From Phoronis australis (Eukaryota > Animalia > Phoronida): DNA of 64,000 bases. Position numbers and translations under genes: made by a program. Of this stretch, positions 27,201 to 39,200 are shown in pieces (positions within the stretch are counted from its first letter, which is position 1; each line of letters starts with the position of its first letter). The notes below the pieces were generated by a model, which saw only the letters and a list, made by a program, of their open reading frames with translations, did not search any database and was not told where the DNA came from. The stretch is from contig NMRA01000261.1 of assembly GCA_002633005.1 (NCBI GenBank), positions 62,001-126,000 of the forward strand. Reading direction: 5' to 3'.

Positions 27201-30200
27201 TCTCAAGCGTGACAAAGGGCTAGAATTTTGAGACAGAGTTGCAACCTATTCAGCAAATTGTGACTGATTAGAGACATAAATTGATTGTGAATTGCATTCT
27301 TACAATCACAAGTACAAAAAATGACAAATTTGTTTCGCAAGTTTTACACGAAATGCATGTAAACTCCCTACAAATTTGGCCCTCACTTAGTTGCAGCAGT
27401 GTTTCACCGTGATTGCAAGCAAAACTTTTACCTATGTAATCAGTCTGCCTTATTGTGTGTGTAATATTTTAACGACTTAACAACATTATACCCCAGCTGC
27501 CCGAGTGACCGGGTGTGTGATACAGAGTATCCACTCATTATGTGTTGTTCTGTTGCAGCATATTCAAGGTGACGAGATAAATAGTTTCATAGCTCCATAC
27601 AAAATCAGTCCCTGATATATTTGATGATCATAGTGGATATGAGATATGACAACAGACAGTCCCCCACAAAAACTCAATAAATAGTTTAAAGTATTGGGTA
27701 GGAGTTTCCTTCTCTTGAGTGTTGAGGTGTGGTGTTTGATAGTCGTGAGTGCAATCTGTCTTATTGCTCTGGACTAGATCAGTGATGAAAAGTTAGTGTG
27801 TTTATGCATTCATTTCAGTCTGTTGGCTGCGGGCACGGTTCTTAATGTTACAAGGTAAAATAGAGGAGGCGGTCATCGTCTATGAGTATGTAAGTATGCT
27901 TAATCTTGCACTGGATGTGGTTCTGTCAAGGCATTTGTGCTTGAATCTTTAATGTTGATCAGTTATAATGTTACCAGACTGTTGATGTGAACCACGTCCT
28001 TTGATAATGAATATCTATGATGTGGTTCCTTCGGGTAATTCGATGTGCTTTCAGATGATTTATTCTTGTGTGAATGAGGTCTCCATGTGTATGATTGACT
28101 TTCGTTTGTTCATGGGATGCTTTGGTTTGCACAGTCTTTGTGAAGCTGTGGTTTGTACAGTCTGTAGTGCACTAGTGCAACTTACGCCACTTTTAAGTGG
28201 AGTGTCCTCACACACACACATAACTAGGGTAAGGCAGAAGTTGTCGCTCTGTGCATGACGATGAACACCTAATGCGATTATGGCACCCAAAATAAAACCC
28301 GTCTGTATGTAACCACAGCTGATAATTACTTCCGCCCTACCCCACAACCACAAAACGATTACAAGTGGTACCCTGGTTCACTCTTTATCTACTGTTCTCT
28401 GCCAATAGAGGGCACACCTTGCGATGAACAAATGAGAGATGAGAGCGAGTGAGATAGTCATCACTGCATGACAGTGAGGTAGTCAGTAGTTATTACTGTT
28501 GAGCCTGCTTATCCATCATGGATAGTAGCAATATAGTGTAACATGCTGAAGTAGTTGCCTTTAGCAATTAATTGATGCCTTATTTCTTAACACTAACAGG
28601 CTTACAGTTTATTGTACTCTGAATGATATTGTGTGTTTGTTTTGTCTTCCACGGAAGGAACTGTTATATGAAGATGACCAATCTATATCTCGGCTTATCA
28701 ACTATACAATGAATGATAATCTATCCTTATCTATCTTCAGCTAAAGAATCTTGTCTGTGAAGACGATCAGCTGGTAGTTCAGCTACTCAATATTCAATGA
28801 ATGATAATGTTTTCTTATTTATCTTCAGCTGAAGAAGCTCATATCTGAAGACAATCAGCCTGTAGTTCAACTAGTCAACTGTACCCTGGACAGTTTCATC
28901 AGTAAAGGTAAGTTAGTGTGTAGTGTGAATGTGCACAACTATGTCCCATGAGGTTATCAAGAGTCATTGATTGAGTCTGTCTTACTAAATATTCTACTTT
29001 ACAACCTTTGTCACTCATTTTGTGATCCCAGCATTATTGTCAACATTAACAGGGCATGTTCAGACAGTATGATCTTTCCAACTTACACGTATTGCTAAAA
29101 ATGCTGCAAATCTTACAATTTCACTAACTTTTGAAATTTGATGATCCAGCCAAAACACATCCATATAATTTCTTTATGGTAGTTTTTCAATTTCCATTTG
29201 TCAAAGCTATTTCACTAACCCAGTTCTACTGTGTCATTTTTGTAGACATGTTCACCATTGTTGATGACTACACTTGCATCAGCTTCAAGACAACACAAAG
29301 TTAGCTTTCTAAGTTTTGCTATCAGTACCTAACTTTCTACACAGAATGTCTCACTGTCACCAATAGGGCTGCACACTGGTACTTAAGTACCTGAACATAT
29401 AGATAGTAATTAAAAAGTACGTGTTGAAAGCTATAGCAAACGTAGCGTCTTTACAGTTTAAATTTGCTTAATGTTTGGTATTGAGATGATTTTGAGAAAA
29501 TTGGTGTGTACTGTGGTAATGTATTGTCTTGAAATATAAGTTGGAGATGCACATACAAAGTAGGTAGGCGGATTATCCAGTTAGGTGAGCACATAAGGCT
29601 ACATCCACTTGTTTAAATGTCAATAAAAATATCATAAAAATATTGTATTTATGGGATCAGTAATTGAGTATGGGTGTGCAGTCTTATCCATAAGTTGGGT
29701 GACATTTTGGTTATTATCCAGGTTGCACAACTGTAGCTTTCTGTCTAGAATATCTTGGTCAAAGTTTTATTATTATGATTGATATTGTGTTGATTTTTAT
29801 GCGCCCACATATTTATATGTGGACGCATTATGCCGTCATCTCTGTTCGTCCGTCCGTCCTGGCGGCGTCCGGCGTCCGCTGCTCTATCTCCAAAACCCTT
29901 TGACTTACGTTCATGAAATTTGGCACATATGTTCCATTCATGAATGGGACGGCATATGCGAACTTTCGGACGGATCCGACTACCGGTGTGCCCCCTAGTG
30001 GCAATTTTAGTTTTTTACGCTTACCTTTGTATCTTCAAAAGTCCTGAACGGATTTTCATGAAATTTGGTATGTAGGCACCTATTAGTGAGATGACGCTAT
30101 CCTGCCGTTTTCAGATGGATTCGACACAGTTTGTGCCACCTAGTGGCCATTTTTAGTGTTTTCGAGTCTGTTTTTGTGCGTCCACCCCTCTATCAACCAA

Positions 30201-33200
30201 ACCGCTCAAAGGGTGATTGTGAAAATTGGCATGTATATGCTTACTATGTAGAGGATGGTTGACGATGATTTTCCGACGATTTCGACTACTGTGGCGCCTC
30301 CTAGTGGCAGTTTTGTTTTTTTGCGCCTATGGCTGTATCTCCTAAACCGTTCGCAGGATCTTTACAAATTGTGTAAGTATATTTATATGATGTTAACAAC
30401 GGAAGATGACGACTTTTGGTCGGATCCGACTACCGGTGTGCCCCCTAGTGGCAATTTTAGTTTTTTACGCTTACCTTTGTATCTTCAAAAGTATTGAACG
30501 GATTTTCATGAAATTTGGTATGTAGGCACCTATTAGTGAGATGACGCTATCCTACTGTTTTCAGATGGATTCGACGTAGTTTGCGCCACCTAGTGGCCAT
30601 TTTTACTGTTTTCGAGTCTGTATTTTTGCGTCCACCCCTCTATCAACCAAACCGCTCAAAGGATGATTGTGAAAATTGGCGTGTATGTGCTTACTATAAG
30701 GAAGACAGCTGACAATGATTTTCAGACGATTTGGACTACTGTGGCGCCTCCTAGTGGCAGTTTTGTTTTTTTGCGCCCATGGCTGTATCTCCCAAACCGT
30801 TTGCAGGATCTTTACTAAATTTAGCAAGTGTATTTATGTGATGTTGACAACGGACGATGACGACTTTAGGATGATTCTGATTACCGGTATGCCTCTAGTG
30901 GCAATTTTAGTATTTGCCTCTAGTGGCAATTTTAATATTTTACATTGACCTCTGTATTTTCATAGGTCTTCAGGTGTATACTTTGTGTTACTTTGTGACT
31001 ATGAAGGAAAAGTTCTTAGTAGAAATTTGTTTCTGGCATTCTAATGCTGTGCTAATCTCGTATGTTGGTAAATTTGTTTTTAATTCTATGTTTCTGTGGT
31101 GCTTTAAGCAACTGGTGTATAGAATGTGCTTGTATTATGAAGATTACTCACATTTTGCCCCTAGCCTATTGAGGAGACAATGACCATGCCTTTCCATTCT
31201 GCTAAGTACAACATACTACATATATGCCCTCTACTGGCCACTTTATGGTACCAATAAACAACCCTAGAAGGATACCGTTTGCGGTGCAATTGTGGGCGCA
31301 TTTCAACGCTCTGCGTTGCTCTTGTTAAGATTGTTGTTGAACTTTAATACGCATATTTAATTGTTATGTTGGTGTTGCTTGGCTTATGTTGTTTACCCCC
31401 TGACTGTGTTGCGTGTCCCTGAATAATGAAGGTATACATGCAAGGACAGAGGCTGATGTGAAAACTAGAAATTAACTTCTCTGTCGTCTGTGTCTCTTTT
31501 AGTTCTGTTAATTACAATCCTCCATGTTAAGTGGAAATACGTTTATTCACTTGCAGACTCTACTGTGACCACCTGTGTTGCGTGTGGCATGATTTTCTGA
31601 TTTCTGTAAATGTTGTTAGGTTCATTGCTGTAGCGCTTTCCTGTATTATGTTGAACTGTTGTATTTAAAGAATCAATATCATAACATTTTATCCTTTGAT
31701 TTCAGACAGTATATCAGGTCAGCTGGACTCCTTGCAGCGATGTCAAAACCTTGAAGAAGTTCAAAAGCTCCACCAGAGGGCAGAGTATTCTGGAGTCATC
31801 AAGTTACTGTTGCACACCTTGTCAGAACCTCCAGCCAAAACCAAGGTGGAGTGTTACAAGCTTTTGATTCTAGTCTGTTCAAAGCATTTGAACAATGCAA
31901 TACTTGTTGCAGTTGAGTTAAATTGCTTTTTAGTATCTTACCAAAGTATGCACAACTCTGGTGCATTTGAAGATGAAAAGGCAAAACTCTAGTTTTTTAC
32001 AGAATTTGATAGCCACACCTTGTAGACTAGTTGATTCTGTTTGTAGAGCCTAGATGGCAGCAGTAGTCTGCCTGAACGCAACACCCAGTTACTGCTACTA
32101 TTAGACGCACTGCACAATGTTGGAGACTACAAGCAGGTTGTGGTCTGGGGAGAGGTGGCGCTGCATGAGATGGTTGTGACCTACTTCAGTGACCACACTA
32201 AGGCAGTGGAGAGGGAGGAAATGGCTGGCTCTGTAACTCAGGTTCTAACAGAGCTGGACAGGTGTGTATGACTGCTCAATCTGCCTGGTGACAATAGATA
32301 CACAACTGTAGTGTCATGTGTATTGTTCTGGGCTGCCACCTTGTGGTTATAAGCTACCGCCTTTACCAGGGATCAACCTTCTTAAATAAGAAAAATCCGG
32401 ATTGTTAAAAAAAAAACGCATCCACATGATTATGAACATCTGGTACTATGCCATTAGAAACAGAGTTCGTCGAGTTTCGTGCCTAAAATTTATGTTTGTG
32501 AAAAAATAATCACTTAATTATGAACACCTGGGTATTATTTTGGAGCACATAATAAACTTCTGTAGTCGTCAAAAATTTTGGAGAAATAATACTCAAGTAA
32601 TTTAAGAACTTCGATCCTTGGTATCAAAGGTACCTTATTGCCTTAAATCATGCCAAATATCAATGTTCATGTGACTGCATAGCTCAAGGGTTAATATAGT
32701 AAAGTGCTTGGCTTGATTTATGGCGGTTATTAATATTACTCTGTGTATTACCAATCCTGTACAACCATATTGCATGAGATGTATGAAGGTCAAGATGAAT
32801 TTTGCCTGTTTTCTCTCGAAAGTAGTTCCAAAAACAACCTTACACAAGATTTATAGGCAGTTGTCCTAATGTAACTCACTCACATACAAGTTTCTTTGTA
32901 TAAAACCCAGTTTCATGCTTGCTTTCCTAATATTTACTCCACATGATCTACCTGCCGAATTATATGCTTTTTGTAGCTATTTACGTATAACCGAATGTTG
33001 ACTATTTGTTGTGAATCTCCACAAGAAAAAAATATTGTATGCTGGTATCTTCCATACAGAACTGAAATTGTAAAACATTTATTTTGAGTAATTGAACTTT
33101 TATGAAGAAATTGAGAAACAATTACTTTCCAGAGACACTGTGTCCTAATTTTGATGAGATTTTACCTTAAATGTTCCTCTTTCACAGGTCAGTTAGCCAC

Positions 33201-36200
33201 GACAGGTCAATCATCAAGGCACTACCTTCCACACGCTTGGTGCGTCTCGTCTCCAACTTGTTAAAGTTGATAGAATCTGTACTGGAGGCTCATGAGTTAG
33301 TCACTGATATGCCATTAGGTACCATGTTACCATGGATAATGCTGTGTAAGCTCATTGAAAAGTAAGTTACTTTGTTTAGCTTGAAAAACCATTTTCTTAT
33401 TACACTAAATGGTGTGGATTGATTCATTATTCTGCGTGGTGCCAAGAACAATGAATTGATTTATGAAGCATTACCAGTGGCGAATGCAATTGTTAAAATT
33501 CGAACTAAACAGAATATTTTGTATGTGATACATCGAGTCATGATCTTTGTTGTGGGTACAAAAAGTCCCCAAAGTCGAGTGCCATGCATTCCTTAACAAT
33601 GGTGGAAAACTTTTAAATTAATAGGTGTCTCCAGTATACCGTGGTCGTAGAATTGCCTTCTTTTATCAAATTTTATTTTGTCGATTGAAAACAGAATGTT
33701 TTAATATTGGAAAAATCAAAACTTTGTTACAACTTGTAAAATTGTGTTTAGTCTCAATTCCATACAATTCAAAACCAACAAAAATTGTGAAAAACAAGGA
33801 TTCAGCAAGTTTTTGCTTGTAATTACAGCATTCAATGACTACCAACTTAAACACACTCAGAGATCAAGTGTGCGTGCGGGTGTCCAACTTTCAGTAATTG
33901 ACTTGGTTAGTTTTTGTTCTGGGCACAATATGATGCTTGCCACGGCAGTTGCAAAAGTGAGGGAATTCCAAACGATATATTTTAACCAATTTGAGTTTAA
34001 ACAAATAATAATAACACCGCGATGTTGCTTTGGAGGAGCAGGCATGGCTGTGAAGAAGTTTTTTGACACCAGAACATGGCTTTAAGTGTTTTTCACCTCT
34101 CCTCAGAAAAGAGGTTGATATGAATTTCACTTTGTTCTCACCAGAGGAGTATATTGCTGTAATTAAATGTAATTGTTTATCCAGTAACTCCTTTTTGTGT
34201 TTTACTTCAGTGAAGAGCTCAAGATGAAGTCCATCCTGTCTTCAACTGAAGAGTTTGATTCGTGTCTGCCTTCCTCTATCATGTTGCTCAAGGTGGCGCA
34301 TGACTTCTTAGCTAGGTATGCATTGTGTTAGATCTTTGCTAGCATTTGCATTATAATCACTTGTATATATTTGAACATTCTTGTTAATGTGGATTTTGCC
34401 ATTTCAAGAGTATGTTTAGAATGAATTCAGTCTTGACAGTTCTATAAACCATTCCTGTACTGTTGCAGGAGATCATGGTGTACTAGTTCTGATGGTGCTC
34501 TGCTCATATTCATGGTAGACGTAATAATGAAGGAGTTGAATAATGGTGAACATTCGTCTGACTTCCGCAAAGAACTGGAGACAACAGTAGAACAATGCTT
34601 CTACTGTTTGTATGGACACCCTAACAGAAAGACAAAGGCTAAACACTTGGAGGACCACGGTGCTAGCACAGTAAGTGCCCACTGGTTACCAGTGTTTATA
34701 GTGGCTGGTAATACATGCTTCCTAGCAGAATGTATAAGGTCAGTCTGATAATTTTCATTAAGGATACTTTTAAAATTTCAATAGTTAACTTGGAGTGGGT
34801 TTCACGAATTAAAATATGTGACTAATTAAATTTGAAGTACAACCCTGTATGTATTTAATGTTGGCTTTTTAGTACAAAGTTTTTCTAAGGCTATTGAAAG
34901 TGAAGTTGGCTGTCATTCAACTTTGGCAGCCTTTTGGATTTAAAAGTTTATCAATTTTTTCTTTTTTTGAAAGCAAAAATGATGTGCTGAAAGTGCACCA
35001 CTTGGGAATAAGTTTTGAGTAAAAGGTTTTGCATTAAAATTCTTTGGTTGAAGTTTTCAACTAAAATGATGTGGAAACAGTATTTTTAAAGCCATTGGTA
35101 AATGTGAAAGATTATTTTGTCAAGTTAAAAAATAGGCAGTCACCAAGGGAATGTTTTTATTTAATTACAGATTTCCTTGAACTGGGATCGCTCTGTTGCA
35201 GTGTTTGAGTACTTCAAACCTAAAGCAATCCCAGAGTATGATAGCTACAAAAGTAACACAGTTAGTTCTGAGGTTTGTGTTCATTACAACAAGTCTTGTC
35301 TTGTTGTAAATACAAAGGATTGTGTTCATTAGAACAAGTCTTGTTGCCAATACAAAGGTTTGTGGATGTGCAACAAGCCAGCAGGCACACGATGTCAGTA
35401 CAATCAGTATTTGGTTCTATTTAGGCTGTGTTATCGTGACGCTGGTTTGCAAATTTACCTTGAGTAGAAAATTTGATGTCTAAGACAACATTGGTTGAGA
35501 GCAAGTCTAATTTCAACGTTATGTCACAGGTTTTAACATCCAGTGTACAATAGGAATGTGACATTTATACTATTGAAACGCAACTAATGTTGATATTGCA
35601 TGCCAATTCGATTTTTCATCAAACCATCCATCTCAGATCAGGCTCTATTGTTATCGCTAGCCTGAAATGTAGTCACATTTTTGAAGGATTAATTCATTCA
35701 AAGCGCGCTTACAGTGCCTGATGGCTGGGTAAAGCCAGTATTCACTGCTGAGCAAAATTTATTTTTGTATCTTGCAGTTGTGCAAAATCTCTTGGCAATG
35801 GAAAGTATTTAGGAGAAATACTGGTCTGTATCTTACTAACACACCAGTTGTTTATTGAGGTTTTCAGTTTCCAACTTAATTAGGCCCCCAGACAAAATGT
35901 AGAGTGTGCTCTTCAGATTTCTTTTGTTTTCACGTTATTTAAGTTATTTTTGCTCACTTTTTCATTCGAGGAGTATTTACATTCGTCACATATAGTCTTA
36001 TTAACCGTGCCCTTGACTCCTGGTTTAATGTTTTGTAGCTAGAGAATCTGCTTCAGCGCATTACCAAGGTGATCCCATCCTGTGACCAGCCTGCCAACAC
36101 CCCGGAGTCACTGTCAGCTTATATTGATGGAGACAGTCACACCCCACCCACTGTCAGCAATCAGAAGGGCTTGTATGTACTGACTATCTTCAGATATGGA

Positions 36201-39200
36201 TTACTAGTTGTGTAGTTATTAGGTTATTTTTATAATATGTAACAGGATTACCATTAAAAGTCATAATTTGCTATCTTAGTATGTGCCCACGTATTTATGT
36301 GGGTGCACTGTAGGGGTGCTGCTGTATCTCCTGAACACCTTGCAGAAGCTTATTGAAATTTGGCAGGTGTGTTGCAATGCTGATGATGATAGATTGCAAT
36401 GAGTTTCATATCGATCCGAATACTTTTGTGCCCCCTAGTGGCAATTTTAGTTTTTTACGTTTGTCTGTGTCTTCGGATTGATTTTCATTAAGAGGTGATG
36501 ATGCCATTCCATTTTAGGACGGATTCGACAGATTTTACCATTGGCCATTTTTGTTGTTTTTGCGTCCGTTTTCTGGTGTCCGCCTTTCTATCTGGATGGA
36601 TGTTTATGAAATTTTTCAGATGTGTTCCTGATGACCACGACTGACGTTGACTTTTGGACAGGTCAGACTACTGTGTCGTCCCCTAGTGACGATTTGTTTC
36701 TTTTGCTTCTGTGGCCAAATCTCCTACATCCTTTGCCGGAGCTTTTTGAAATTTGAATGATGTGTTCCTATGGAGCCAACAACAAATGGGAAAAAGTGTC
36801 GGAACTGATCCAAATACCACTGTGCTTCTCAGTGGCAAAATCTTTTTTATGTTTGCCTCTGTATCTTCGGAGTTCATTAATGTAGTTTTGTGAAATTCGG
36901 CTGATAGGTTTCTGTTAAGGAGATGACAACACTTTGCCCTTTTCAGACAGATTTGATGGTTTCTGCACCATCTCGTGGCCATTAAAAATTTTTGCGCATG
37001 TTTTTGACGTCTGTCTCTCTATCTGCTAAATCACTCAAAAGATCATTATGAGAATTGATTATTGTGTTCCTGATGCAAAGACCCCGGCTGGCGTTGATTT
37101 ACAAATGTTTTCGACTGTTCTGGTGCTCTCCAGGGACTATTTTGCTTCTTTTGCATCTGTGGCTTGGAAGTTGGGGTAGTATAGAGATACCAACAGATGG
37201 TGATGAACTTCAGACCAATCGGACTATAGCTGTGCCCCCTAGCGTCAGTTGCTTATTTTCATGAAATTTGGCAAATTGTTGTGTATTACAGACACGGCGC
37301 CGCCTTCTCAATTCAGACGGATTTGACGCATTCTGCACCATATAATGGCCATTTTTGTGATACTAAAAAGACCCATAGCAGCACACTGCAGTGCTGTCGT
37401 GTGCACATTTCAATGCTTCGTGTTACTCGTGTTTTATTTTCCATTTTTCGACTCCTTGTTTCCCAATATTATACCAAATATTTGATGATAGAGGTACTCC
37501 ACAACCCATGCTAGCAAACAGGGAGGATGCTCTTAAATTTTATTTATTTTTTTGAAAATGTTGACATCAAAGCCCCCCATCTTTGCCGTGTTTTGTCCCA
37601 TTTGAAGTATACTAACTGTATCTGAGAATGCTGTATTGTTGTGTTCATGATTTTACAGACCAGTTGTGAGGGAGATTTACTATTTGCTGGCTGACTATTA
37701 CTTCAAGAACAAAGAAACCAAGTAAGTCTACATTTGTAATGAACAATGCCTAATTATTGTACAAATACCATGCACAGTTTCCTGCAACAGCCGATAAGTT
37801 TTTGTTATGTTGTCTCTTGGTAACATACCCAGTGGCACCACCACACTTACTTTAAAGTCGTGTAAGATCCTAGAAAAATGTTCAAATTTGGCAAAATTTG
37901 GAACATCATATTTCGGAAATGGCTGATCATATTCATGTGGAGCGTTCAGATTCTCGGCTTTGTTATATGCGCTGTTCACCAAAACTCTGTTAAGAGTTGT
38001 TCTTAATATGTTCTACTTTTATACAAGGGACTATCAATAATAGAACTTTTAGGATTTTCGTGAAAAAACTGAGTTGCACTAAACGAAAACGAAATGATAA
38101 TTAAGAAAACTTTTGAGATTTCACCTTTAATGAAATTTGGTATTGCTATTGATAACTTTGTTTCACTTTCTGTGTGCTTATCTTTTTTGCTGAATTTTAT
38201 TACAAAGACAGTCTAGTGACCCAGTTAATGGCACATTGTTAAACCATCAAAAACCACAATCTACAAACTTTCTACTTTCAGAAAATGTAATTATATGTTA
38301 GTTTTATTGACACTTGGCAAAATACATACTAGACATGCCGATAAGGTTTTACTGAACCTTAATTGACTCGTGGAATGAATGTGTAATTTTTCTAGTGTTA
38401 ATGTGTTGCCGTTGCTCACAAACTCTTATAACATGAAAGCTTGGCATGTAGAGTGGAAATAATGATCATTCTGTCCATTTACTGTTTTTCCCATAAGTCA
38501 TCTAAGTAGATGACTTGCTTGTGTGTATTCTTAAAGGTGTCATTCTTTCTCATTTAGGAAGGCGATTGAGTTCTATGTGCAGGATCTGTGCTGTAACCCA
38601 GATCGATTTGATTCCTGGGCCGGTTTGGCACTGGCACGCAGCAGTAAAGTGGAGGCGAGACTAAGCTCTGTAGGTAACATAGGGATGTGGGACAGTGTTA
38701 TGGTAGTGGTAAACAAACCTCAGCTCTGTAGGTAACATATGGATATGAGACAGTGTTGTGATTGTGACTGACAAGGCTCAACTCTGTAGATAAGATAGGG
38801 ATGTTAGGCAATGTTATAGTTGTGATAGACAGGGACCAGCTCTGTTGGTAACATAGAGGTATGAGACAGTGTTATGATTGTGATAGACAAGACTCAGCTC
38901 TGTAGGTAACATATGGATGTGAGACAGTTATGAGTGTGATAGACAAGACTCAGCTCTGTAGGTAACATATGGATGTGAGACAGTTATGGGTGTGATAGAC
39001 AAAACTCAGCTCTGTAGGTAACATAGGGATGTGGGGCAATGTTATAGTTGTGATAGACAGGGACCAGCTATGTAGGTAACATAGAGGTATGAGACAATGA
39101 ATGTTGTGATTGTGATAGACTAGACTCAGCTCTGTAGGTAACATATGGATGTGAGACAGTTATGGGTGTGATAGACAAAACTCAGCTCTGTAGCTAACAT

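Noticed and set aside
30255-31183. Several 74-89 aa ORFs
   Set aside because: They lie within the non-coding HINE tandem core.
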